From IMG/VR virus record IMGVR_UViG_3300042483_000521: 64,000 nt of DNA; one strand, 5' to 3'. Shown piece after piece: positions 55,710-64,000 of the stretch. Both the position numbers and the translations under genes were made by a program. The DNA is from an uncultured virus (IMG/VR IMGVR_UViG_3300042483_000521). Lineage: Duplodnaviria; Heunggongvirae; Uroviricota; Caudoviricetes. The first letter of the stretch is position 1. Every line of letters begins with the position of its first letter. The notes below the pieces were generated by a model. It made no database searches and was not told the DNA's origin. It saw only the letters and a program-made list of their open reading frames with translations.

Positions 55710-56888
55710 TTAAGGAATCAAAGTGCTAGTAGTGGTAGTAGTTGTTGGAGGTGTAGAAGTTGTAGTGGTAGTAGTAGTGATACAAACATTGTTGTCAACT
55801 ACAGTACCAAGAGCAGCTTCAAGAACAGCTTCAACAGCAGCAGCGATACCAGCATTACCTAGAGTGGCAGCATTAGGAGCAGCAAGAATAACCATGCTAT
55901 CTTCGTGGATATAATCACCCCACTGATAACCAGAACGATCATACTGATTGAACTTGATGTAATAGGTATCATAAATAGTACCAGTAGTTACATAAGTCTC
56001 AAAGTTCTCGTTGTAGCCATTCATTCTGTACAAGTGCTTCAAGTAACCTGCCTGATAGCTGTAGAAGTTTTTCTCAAGCTGAGCAATTTCTTCAGCAGTA
56101 CCAGTTGGGTAAGAAGCTCTCTGAACAACAACAGGGTCAGCAACAATATCACAGTTGTCAGCAACAATGAAGTCAGCAGTGGTAGCAGGACCTTGGTAAA
56201 CAAAGGTACGGAAGTACATTCTGTCATATTCCCAAGGGAATGCAGCAATATCGCAAGGCTGGCCATACTTAGTAAGAGGCTTACCAGAAATACGAAGGAT
56301 AGTTCCACCTACGTTCTCAAAAGTATAGAAGTCAGAGAATGTGATGTTGTCAGGGTTGTTACCAGGAGCAGCAAGGTTCAATTGGAAAATGAATTGATTA
56401 ATCAATGCATTTGTATCAACATCAGTGCAAGGATCAGCACCACAATCGCAACAAGGAGCTTGCACAGTTACTGAACGGGTGAAACCGTTGAAGTACAAGG
56501 TGTCAAGATAACTAGAATGAGCTCTTAGAGTAAGAGTCACAACTTCTCCACACTGTACGCTCCAATTAGTCACATCAGTGATTTGGACAGCAGGAGTACC
56601 GCAACCTGATACTTTGTACCATTCAGTTACGTTAGAAGAGCAACCTGAACCAGAAGGACAACCCTTGATTTTATCAGAACGCTTAGAGCCCTGTAGGTAG
56701 GTGTTTTGTCTACCTTGTGCTACATAGAAGTATGGTGCAGCAGCAATGTTTGCAGCCGTAGCAATACTATAGTCGTTCTTGAAGAAACCAACTTGACCAG
56801 CAGTTAGATCCTGAGTAGAACCAGAGCTAGGAAGCGAAGTTTGCCCTACTGGAACTACAAAAAGGGTGGTTAACGAGAAATCAGCCAT
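55710..56888 (-). CDS. Auxiliary capsid (decoration) protein with C-terminal poly-Thr tail
   Basis: 392 aa at the crAss-like auxiliary-capsid position, followed by a terminator. Ends CITTTTTTTSTPPTTTTTTSTLIP. Confidence 0.65.
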   Translation of the reverse strand: MADFSLTTLFVVPVGQTSLPSSGSTQDLTAGQVGFFKNDYSIATAANIAAAPYFYVAQGRQNTYLQGSKRSDKIKGCPSGSGCSSNVTEWYKVSGCGTPAVQITDVTNWSVQCGEVVTLTLRAHSSYLDTLYFNGFTRSVTVQAPCCDCGADPCTDVDTNALINQFIFQLNLAAPGNNPDNITFSDFYTFENVGGTILRISGKPLTKYGQPCDIAAFPWEYDRMYFRTFVYQGPATTADFIVADNCDIVADPVVVQRASYPTGTAEEIAQLEKNFYSYQAGYLKHLYRMNGYNENFETYVTTGTIYDTYYIKFNQYDRSGYQWGDYIHEDSMVILAAPNAATLGNAGIAAAVEAVLEAALGTVVDNNVCITTTTTTTSTPPTTTTTTSTLIP

Positions 56889-56913
56889 TTTTTTGTTTGT
56901 TTGTTAAGTTTAT

Positions 56914-57645
56914 TTATTCATTTGTTTGTATTCTGAACTGGGCACTTTGTACCGCAGATGCATTCTCTGTATACATTGCTAAGTTCTGGACAGTTAAATC
57001 TACTAACTCGTCTTCCAGATAAGCTTCAAGTTCACAATCAACGTCTGTTGAGGGTTGACCATCAAACCTGATGTAGCCTGTCTTATCAATGTAGATTGGG
57101 TATCTCATGTACGAAATGTATATCGCAGTTGGAGTGAACGTTCCGTCAGTGAATATACTAATTTCATCTGAAGAGATAAAATTAAATGTTTCTTGATATT
57201 CAAAGGATGGCTTGTAGTGAACGTTGTTCAATAAGAACTGCAAATCACCATGTTTTGCCAAATCTTTATTTATCCAGATTTGTCGATCCTTACATACACC
57301 CTTGTCAGCTAAAACATAACTGTCAATGTAGAACATATATTTTGGATCAAGTAAATCAATATCAGCTGCCCACTGATTTAGTGTTTGGTTTTTGAGATGA
57401 AGATTTAACACGCCAGCATTGTAATTAATTACAAGCTTCTGTAAGTCTTCATAACGCTTTTTGAAAGCGTCTAGTCCCATTCCACTAACAACACTAAATC
57501 CATCAACCTTCTGTTTGATAAGCTTAATCTGCGCTTCGTTAAGTGCAAGTATTTTATCTTCTAGTTGAATCTGCTGATGCTCATTAGTTGATAGTTTATT
57601 TAGTTTTTGATCAATCTTATATAATAAACTATCTACAGGTATCAT
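56914..57645 (-). CDS. Tail ring protein (R3/R4-like)
   Basis: LNEAQ, KKRYEDLQKL, YMRYP and DCELEAYLEDELVDLTV blocks; conserved position two genes after the MCP. Confidence 0.6.
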   Translation of the reverse strand: MIPVDSLLYKIDQKLNKLSTNEHQQIQLEDKILALNEAQIKLIKQKVDGFSVVSGMGLDAFKKRYEDLQKLVINYNAGVLNLHLKNQTLNQWAADIDLLDPKYMFYIDSYVLADKGVCKDRQIWINKDLAKHGDLQFLLNNVHYKPSFEYQETFNFISSDEISIFTDGTFTPTAIYISYMRYPIYIDKTGYIRFDGQPSTDVDCELEAYLEDELVDLTVQNLAMYTENASAVQSAQFRIQTNE

Positions 57646-58610
57646 ACAGAAGCGAGTTTCTTAGATTTCAACTTTTGTTCTAGAGTAATTAGTTCGTCTT
57701 GATTATCATCGTTAGCCAAGAATTTCACCAATTCATCTTCGTCTTTTGCCACTTCATATTCACCTTCAAAGACACGTCCACTGGACTTAACTCTGTAAAC
57801 TGAATGTGCAATAGCTTGCTTAACCAAATCTTTGATATGGAGTAAATTTTCCTTCATGTCTGCAAATCTGTTAAACACTTCGATTGTTGACAATCCTTGG
57901 TATTTACCAGCTTTGAATTCAGTCTGCTTGAGAATATTATCCACTTGATTATATACAAAATCTTCTTTGGAATCTTCTGTAACTGGAAGTCCTAGAAGTC
58001 TTGCCACCTTTCTTTTCTTCTCAGGAGTCATTGAATCAAACTTGGAGATTGCCTTGTTGATCAATTGTTTCTTCTTGAAGATTACAGCATTTTCGATATC
58101 ATCATCTACAACGTAGAATTGTGTATCTGCTGGATAGTCACCTCTTTCCCATGCTTGATAAGAACTAGCAATAGTTGGATGAACTCTCAACCAAGAAAAA
58201 GCAAGTTCTTGAAAAGGTATTACTAAATCGAAGTAGTTGTCACCATCAAGAAGTTTTACAGGTTGGACATGACTATTATCATCTGTTGATCTTGATAATC
58301 CATAGTTCCAGAAAGTAGCTCTTGGTCCAAGATCTATTCCACCTAAAGCATTTTCAAGTTTCTGTCTTAACGCTGTTACACGTTCAGTTTCTAGTTCACG
58401 TTCTGTAGGATCAGCAATTCTTTTGATGTAAGCAGCATCAGGATCTAAACCTGTTCTGTATCTTCCATCAAGTTCCTTGTAAGGATATTTAAAAACTCCA
58501 GTTCCTGGAATTCTTGATAGTCCTCTTTGTGATAATCCTCCTTGCATAGTTTGCAAGCCAGCACTGTTATACTCCTTCTTAATAGTGGAGATTTTCCCTA
58601 ATTTACCCAT
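57642..58610 (-). CDS. Conserved crAss-like protein downstream of the MCP
   Basis: 322-aa ORF immediately after the major capsid gene; function not determinable from the sequence. Confidence 0.6.
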   Translation of the reverse strand: MGKLGKISTIKKEYNSAGLQTMQGGLSQRGLSRIPGTGVFKYPYKELDGRYRTGLDPDAAYIKRIADPTERELETERVTALRQKLENALGGIDLGPRATFWNYGLSRSTDDNSHVQPVKLLDGDNYFDLVIPFQELAFSWLRVHPTIASSYQAWERGDYPADTQFYVVDDDIENAVIFKKKQLINKAISKFDSMTPEKKRKVARLLGLPVTEDSKEDFVYNQVDNILKQTEFKAGKYQGLSTIEVFNRFADMKENLLHIKDLVKQAIAHSVYRVKSSGRVFEGEYEVAKDEDELVKFLANDDNQDELITLEQKLKSKKLASV

Positions 58611-58639
58611 TACGTAGTTATTTGATTATTATTGGTTTG

Positions 58640-58735
58640 TTTTGCAGAGTGCACCAATCAAATGGCTAGGCTCACTGACCCACACTCTGTTTTGAAACGT
58701 TTTCACGTCAGTCTGAAAGAGCTACTTTCAGAGAG
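58640..58735 (-). ncRNA. Candidate structured RNA / cis-regulatory leader
   Basis: Consecutive helices on the minus strand: TCTGAAAG/CTTTCAGA, ACGT-GAAA-ACGT (GNRA loop), and CAGAGTG/CACTCTG enclosing two short hairpins. Confidence 0.45.
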
Positions 58736-58737
58736 GT

Positions 58738-58766
58738 AAAAAGTGCCCCTCGCTTTGAGGGGCTCT
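58738..58766 (-). terminator. Intrinsic terminator after the MCP gene
   Basis: Minus strand GCCCCTC-AAAGC-GAGGGGC-ACTTTTT. Confidence 0.8.
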
Positions 58767-58772
58767 TTTATA

Positions 58773-60326
58773 TTAGAACTGTGGAATTTCTTCGATAAGA
58801 ACAGTTCGTGACAAATCTTCGATGAATACATCGCAACGATCTTGCATCCAGATTTCATAGCCTGGGAATTTGTTGGCAGAAGACATACCCTGAGACTTAG
58901 CAAAGCCTAAGTGGTGTCTACGTCCATCAATATAACCCCAAGTCATAGAAGGAGCACCCTTCATACGTACTTCACGAATGTTGTTGACCATAGAGCCATC
59001 AGACATTGGAGATACGTCAAATACCATGAACACAGGAGTGGACTTCTTGTTCTGACCAAATTCCAAGTTGGACTGAGGAAGATCAAGTTCTTTCAAGTGG
59101 ATAAGTTCAACACGACCAGTCTCACGAGTTACCATTGCATCGAATGCAAAGTTGTAAGTGATGTGCTGTCCTTCTCCTTGCATGTAACGGTTACCGCTAT
59201 CTGCCATGAAAGTAAGACCAGAATTCAAAGCATCTGCTTTAAGAGCCTGCTGGAACACATCGAAGCCAGCTTCGTTAGTGTACATTTTAACTCTTCTATC
59301 CTTAACATCCACACGTCTGTAGAACAAGTCTCCAAATACGGAACGGATAAGGTTTGCGGAGAATTCTCCACGATTGTATTGTACCAAGTTACCATTGTTA
59401 CGCATTCTGTGGTAAACACCAGCAGACACACGCTTCAATTCTTGCTTAGATCCATTAGTTTTTACAGTGCCTGGCTTAGACCAGATCATTCGCTTCACCT
59501 TAAGTTCAAGCATTGCTTTTCTCAACATGAATTCTACGAATGGCTCCCACTTAACATCGTTACGGGTTAGAGGAAGTTGGTTTCTACGCTGAGGAGCATA
59601 TACCAAGATGTCAAGAGCTTTTCCAGAAGCATCCACCATCATTTTGTCATCAGCCCATGCAGTAACTTGGTGCTCAAAACCATATCCAGAACCAAGAGAT
59701 TCGAACATAGTGATTTTCTCACCAAGTCTTGGCAAACCAAGAAGATCCTGATCAAATTCACCAATTGCAGCATCAACCAATTCTAGTTCGATACCAATTT
59801 GCAAGAAAGTAGAGCTTACAAAGTCCACGATTGGGTTATCAGAAACCAATGTGAAAGTGTAAAGGAAACCTGCATTCCAAGGAACTGGATCTTTTACAGC
59901 ATACCATCTTGGACCATACTGACGAGAACCTACAGAAACGATAGCGTTCTTAGAGAATTCGTTAGTGTCCAATACCACCTGAAATTCCTGACCATCAATA
60001 CCTGGCTTGCTCAACTCAGCAGTAGAGCTAGGGATGTCAATGATTTTAGGGAATTTGTAAGGAACTTGAACTTCCCACTTCCAAGAATCGCTGTTGTTGT
60101 CGATGTAATAAGGAGTGGACTTGTTGATCATATCAAGGAAGTCATTGCTATACAATGAGCTCTGAGTGTACAAGGAGATAATCTTCTTGTCATAGTCAGC
60201 TGGCTCAGTAGAGTGGAATGACTCCAAGTGATTTGAATCAGTTAGCTTTCCTACGGCACGTTTGTCCATTGACGCAACACGGGCATAGGTAAAGCCAGTT
60301 AAACCTGGGATTGTTTGAATTGCCAT
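58773..60326 (-). CDS. Major capsid protein (crAss-like)
   Basis: 517 aa after the portal and acidic scaffold-like genes, followed by a terminator. Blocks such as RRVKMYTNEAGFDVFQQAL and TRETGRVELIHLKELD resemble crAss-like MCPs. Confidence 0.8.
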   Translation of the reverse strand: MAIQTIPGLTGFTYARVASMDKRAVGKLTDSNHLESFHSTEPADYDKKIISLYTQSSLYSNDFLDMINKSTPYYIDNNSDSWKWEVQVPYKFPKIIDIPSSTAELSKPGIDGQEFQVVLDTNEFSKNAIVSVGSRQYGPRWYAVKDPVPWNAGFLYTFTLVSDNPIVDFVSSTFLQIGIELELVDAAIGEFDQDLLGLPRLGEKITMFESLGSGYGFEHQVTAWADDKMMVDASGKALDILVYAPQRRNQLPLTRNDVKWEPFVEFMLRKAMLELKVKRMIWSKPGTVKTNGSKQELKRVSAGVYHRMRNNGNLVQYNRGEFSANLIRSVFGDLFYRRVDVKDRRVKMYTNEAGFDVFQQALKADALNSGLTFMADSGNRYMQGEGQHITYNFAFDAMVTRETGRVELIHLKELDLPQSNLEFGQNKKSTPVFMVFDVSPMSDGSMVNNIREVRMKGAPSMTWGYIDGRRHHLGFAKSQGMSSANKFPGYEIWMQDRCDVFIEDLSRTVLIEEIPQF

Positions 60327-60351
60327 TGTTTTTTACTTTGTTTAATTTAAT

Positions 60352-61596
60352 TTATAAGAACCATGAGTTCGCTTTTCCAGGATTGCCACCAGAACCAGGT
60401 TTTTTACTGGTCTGTCTTGCGACTTCCTCAAATAACTGGGTTGACTTCTTAGTCACTCCTGTTCTTTGTATGGTAGATAACGTAGGATCTTTTTCTAAAA
60501 TCTTAAGAAGAAGTCCCAGCTTAACTTTCATAGCATGGTTCTCAGGTCTCTTAAGTTCCAGGATAGTCTTGTCAAAATCTGTTAGGGTTTCGCCTGAAGA
60601 AGTTTTGTACTTGTCTACCAAAAGGAAGTCTTGTAGTTCTGATGCCAATTTGGGGTTTAATGGAATTCCATCAAACTCCTTTGTTTTCAATTTGTCTTGA
60701 AGGACAGACTGAACGTTTTGTATATACTGATTTCGAACCATTGCTTTCTGCTGAAGTTGTTGTTCAGCTTGTTGCTCCATCTGTTGCAACTTTACTGCTT
60801 CCTTCTTAACAAGCACTTTGTGATGCTTGCTAGCAACTGTTTCTAAATCACCGTAGTTTCTAAGTCTTTCAACTTCTGTAGTGACATCTTCTTCATCGAA
60901 TCCTTGATCTGTCAGAGCTTGTTTGATAACTCTCACTTGATTGTCTTCATTAGAAAGATCCAACTCAGCAAAACTCACCACATTGTTGTATACACCAAAA
61001 TAATCTTTAGGGTTTATACCCTTTACAAATATGGCATCAAACGCTTTTTGGTAATCTTCTCCAAATTGACCTATGAAGTTGTCAACAATTTCAATTGCAC
61101 CTTTTTTCTTTTCTGAATTGAACTTTTCCAAGAATTGCTCTGGAGTTTCAATTGCAGCATCTTCTTCCTCATCATCTTTTGTAAAAACACCAAGTTTGAA
61201 AAGGTCTTTCGATAAAGAAACAAATGGTGATTCTGCAACATCATCATCTTCTTCCTCAGCTTCTGCTTCTGCTTTAGCTTTGGTTGGTGTTGCTACAACA
61301 TCTTCTTCTGTTTCTTCTTCATCATCATCTCCAAGAAAGTTTTTCAAAACATCTTGTTGAGTGGTTTCTTCACCATCTAGCTTTTGGACAACTTCTTTAC
61401 CTTTTAATACTTCTGGTTTTTTAGGAGCTTTTGGTTCATCTGCTGTCTTTACAATCGTCTCTAACTTATCAGGATCTTCTGTAGAAGTTTCTGGAGAGAA
61501 CAAATCGTCCAACAACTGTGTGTTACCTATCCCCATTTCCATAGTATCTTCAATACCAAAGTTACCAAATGACGGAGTGTCTAGGTTGTCTGCCAT
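60352..61596 (-). CDS. Acidic scaffold-like capsid assembly protein
   Basis: Very D/E-rich N-terminal half and coiled-coil C-terminal half; lies between portal and MCP. Confidence 0.65.
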   Translation of the reverse strand: MADNLDTPSFGNFGIEDTMEMGIGNTQLLDDLFSPETSTEDPDKLETIVKTADEPKAPKKPEVLKGKEVVQKLDGEETTQQDVLKNFLGDDDEEETEEDVVATPTKAKAEAEAEEEDDDVAESPFVSLSKDLFKLGVFTKDDEEEDAAIETPEQFLEKFNSEKKKGAIEIVDNFIGQFGEDYQKAFDAIFVKGINPKDYFGVYNNVVSFAELDLSNEDNQVRVIKQALTDQGFDEEDVTTEVERLRNYGDLETVASKHHKVLVKKEAVKLQQMEQQAEQQLQQKAMVRNQYIQNVQSVLQDKLKTKEFDGIPLNPKLASELQDFLLVDKYKTSSGETLTDFDKTILELKRPENHAMKVKLGLLLKILEKDPTLSTIQRTGVTKKSTQLFEEVARQTSKKPGSGGNPGKANSWFL

Positions 61597-61631
61597 ATAT
61601 GTAGTTAATTAATTGATTGGTTTGTATGATA

Positions 61632-61662
61632 TAAATGTACTTTCGTTTATAAAATAATCAAA
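61632..61662 (-). promoter_or_regulatory. Putative Bacteroidota-type promoter for the scaffold-MCP operon
   Basis: Minus strand TTTG(61662-61659)-N19-TACATTTA(61639-61632). Confidence 0.55.
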
Positions 61663-61729
61663 TAAGGAATAATCAAAATTGTTGTTTTTTTGACACGTAT
61701 AGCATTAATATTAATTTTTCCATATTTTA

Positions 61730-64000
61730 TTATTTCTTATTGCTTTTAGATGCTCTATTTGTAGCATTTATCTTAGCCACTTCAACATCATTCTTCATAT
61801 TCTCTCTAGCAACATTTAGTTTCTCTTTTTCAAGCTGTAGCTTCTGCATAGCTTGATTGTTTTTAGATTGAATATCCTGCATCTTCAATTGATAATCTTG
61901 AGCTGCTTTAGACTGTTGCATAGATAGATTTGATATCTCTAGTATATCAGCAGTGCCTGACTGATCAACATCTTGTGTTGCTGCCTCTCCTCTTGCAGCT
62001 GCATTAATAAGAGCTATTTCCTTCTTATTGATTCTATCAAGTTCTTGCTGATAGTTTTGGTTAGCCAACATTTCTTGCTGTTGTTGTTGCTGAGCTTGCA
62101 TCTGAGCAGCTGCAATTTGTTGTTGTTGCTCAATCTGTTGTTGCTGTTGTTGCATCTGTTGGTCTTGAATCATTTGCTGACGATCCTTGAGATTTTTGAA
62201 TGTCTTCTTCATCTCTCTCATAGACTTAGTAGAATACAATTCTATTACATCATATAGTGTGCCACCATTCTGAATGACAGCCTGAGATAGCTGACGAAGC
62301 TCATTAAACATTTGTGTATCTTCTGGTCTGTTAGTTACAAACACTTTAAGATCACGAAGCTTCAAATCATTACCATTAACTTGTATAAATGCAGATTCTC
62401 CCTCTGATGTAATATATGACAATGTAGACATAGGCTTAGCACTTTCTATATATTGTGCAGCATCTACAATAGCTTGATATAACTGACCTAATACATACTC
62501 GTGTGCGATGAATAGAGGCTCTGTCTGGGCATATGACTGACTGACAGCTGTGTTGACACCTGTGGCAGATTCGCTCGCTTGTACGCTTCCTAAACGCTGT
62601 CTAGAGATGCCTATAAGTTCCCAACATTCGTTCTTCAGTTGGAGAGCAAGATTATATCTAGACTGGATTTCACCAGTTCTTGTCAAGTCTATATTTCTCG
62701 CAATGGTAGTGTTGGAGACAGCAGCCTTTGTGTTCTCTGGACTGTCGTCATCGAATATGATACCACGCTCTCTTGCTTCCATTTCCCATACATCTAGAGC
62801 ATCTTGATCATCTCCATCTTTTAGTCTAGGAACACGTCTAATATTTACAGAAGCTACGTTACCAATTTCTTTTTCTAGCAGTTTGTAGAGCTGATTCATG
62901 CAAATGTTGTACAACACCTGGAATGGCTTCATTAAATCCACTAATGATTTGGCTTCTGTGTTCTTCACCTCATACGTAGTGCCTATGATAGGGCAATAGT
63001 TGAGGATTTTAAGAGGTTTGATGTGATAGATGTCTGGACCAATCTTTGTTCCTTGATACCACTGATTAATCCAACCCCACTCAAGAGAGATTTCTGTAGG
63101 AATAGTTTTTGCTTTGTAGTTTTCGTCAACAAGAACGGTTTGTTCATTACCCATCTCATCAAGATAGGAAAGTTTACCAATCTTTCTCTTACTGATCCAA
63201 TATGATCTAACAACAACATATTTGTATCCAAATGTAGACACGTTTGTTGTTAAGCCTAAGAAGTCTTTTAGTCCATCATTGTTTTCTTTCATCTCACTTT
63301 CAATCATCATTCTTGTCTGAAGAACAAGAGGATCGAATGTGTCGTATTGAATAGAGTCAATACCATCAGCAGCATTAGGATTACCAAGATTGGATTCACG
63401 AACGTTGATGAGTCCGTAGTCTTGTAATGAGCTTCTTAGGTGATCAATCTCTTCTTTAGTGAGGTCAGGAATGCTTTCAATAATTTCAGAAAGTTCCATA
63501 ACTTGCACAGTACCAGCAGCATACGCTCCTTGATTTCTTCCTGTTGGATCAGAAATCCACTTTCTATCTGGCGTTGTTAGGAACCATGTATTCTTTGGGT
63601 TGGCTACTTCTATGTTAAATCCAAGTTTGGAGTTATCTTCATAGATGTGATAGAATTCTCTAGCAGAAATAAGAAGATCTCTAAATGCATCTTCACTCTT
63701 TTCTTTGAGATTGAATTCTGCTTTCTGACATGTAAGAATGTGGTTGGCCCATTTTTCTGCTACAGAAGTGTAAGAATCTAGTTGATCCTTCACTTGCTCC
63801 ATTGTCATCTGCTCTAGCTGCTCTTCGTCAATTTCTTGACCCTGCATAGCTATCTTCTGCATTATTTTTTGTCTTGCCTGAGAAAGAATAAACTCTTGTA
63901 GAACATCTGTTTTGAATTGTAGTTCTTCAGCTTGACTATCATCATCAAATGCCTTTACACGAAATGTATCTGGACGCTTAGATATTTCACCTACAAGGTT
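61730..64000 (-). CDS. Portal protein (5' end outside the window)
   Basis: The frame stays open to 64000 (NLVGEISKRPDTF...). WINQWYQGTKIG, SLVDLMKPFQVLYN, GISRQRLG, Q-rich coiled-coil C-terminus. Confidence 0.85.
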   Translation of the reverse strand, partial: NLVGEISKRPDTFRVKAFDDDSQAEELQFKTDVLQEFILSQARQKIMQKIAMQGQEIDEEQLEQMTMEQVKDQLDSYTSVAEKWANHILTCQKAEFNLKEKSEDAFRDLLISAREFYHIYEDNSKLGFNIEVANPKNTWFLTTPDRKWISDPTGRNQGAYAAGTVQVMELSEIIESIPDLTKEEIDHLRSSLQDYGLINVRESNLGNPNAADGIDSIQYDTFDPLVLQTRMMIESEMKENNDGLKDFLGLTTNVSTFGYKYVVVRSYWISKRKIGKLSYLDEMGNEQTVLVDENYKAKTIPTEISLEWGWINQWYQGTKIGPDIYHIKPLKILNYCPIIGTTYEVKNTEAKSLVDLMKPFQVLYNICMNQLYKLLEKEIGNVASVNIRRVPRLKDGDDQDALDVWEMEARERGIIFDDDSPENTKAAVSNTTIARNIDLTRTGEIQSRYNLALQLKNECWELIGISRQRLGSVQASESATGVNTAVSQSYAQTEPLFIAHEYVLGQLYQAIVDAAQYIESAKPMSTLSYITSEGESAFIQVNGNDLKLRDLKVFVTNRPEDTQMFNELRQLSQAVIQNGGTLYDVIELYSTKSMREMKKTFKNLKDRQQMIQDQQMQQQQQQIEQQQQIAAAQMQAQQQQQQEMLANQNYQQELDRINKKEIALINAAARGEAATQDVDQSGTADILEISNLSMQQSKAAQDYQLKMQDIQSKNNQAMQKLQLEKEKLNVARENMKNDVEVAKINATNRASKSNKK

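Noticed and set aside
58680..58740. Possible hammerhead ribozyme or tRNA in the post-MCP structured region
   Set aside because: No CUGAnGA core paired with GAAA in the right topology and no tRNA T-loop or cloverleaf; kept only as a generic structured-RNA candidate.
12700..63300. Many 60-220 aa plus-strand and alternate-frame ORFs in the track
   Set aside because: They are nested within long minus-strand genes with coherent motifs and show no recognisable features of their own.
1..64000. Stop-codon reassignment (TAG or TGA recoding), known in some crAss-like phages
   Set aside because: ORFs up to 5007 aa are intact under the standard code, genes tile tightly, and TGA is used as a real stop (for example 628, 38881, 57642).

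Overview
This window is the virion (late) half of a crAss-like bacteriophage genome (order Crassvirales, inferred from gene order and motifs; no database search was run). The host is probably a Bacteroidota, based on TTG-N19/20-TAnnTTTG-type promoters. Almost all genes are on the minus strand. From right to left they are: portal (truncated at the window edge), scaffold-like protein, major capsid protein, ring, auxiliary-capsid and tail-hub proteins, an HU/IHF-like protein, tail tube ring, a split muzzle, several ejected cargo proteins, a 5007-aa virion RNA polymerase (DFDID motif) with a C-terminal Dda/RecD-like SF1B helicase, a 1941-aa zincin plus PD-(D/E)XK cargo protein, a 1757-aa beta-solenoid fibre, a six-gene modification cassette, lysis genes and another Ser/Gly/Thr-rich structural gene. 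The most striking system is the cassette at 2014-6796. It encodes a GT4 fused to an AAH/TibC-type protein O-glycosyltransferase, a GT9-like glycosyltransferase, a sulfotransferase, an APS kinase, a small HxGH nucleotidyltransferase (candidate minimal ATP sulfurylase) and a DUF2061-like protein. At least seven structural genes carry mucin-like poly-Thr or SGTSG tracts. Together these suggest the phage builds a sulfated glycan coat on its own virion (inference). Other notable signals are a GG-motif-punctuated cargo polyprotein carrying murein-hydrolase domains, two promoter-leader-terminator cassettes that share a motif, a hairpin loop antisense to a recurrent AAACCAA leader motif, and a structured RNA after the capsid gene. 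The standard genetic code fits all long ORFs. No tRNA, rRNA, CRISPR array or reverse transcriptase was seen.
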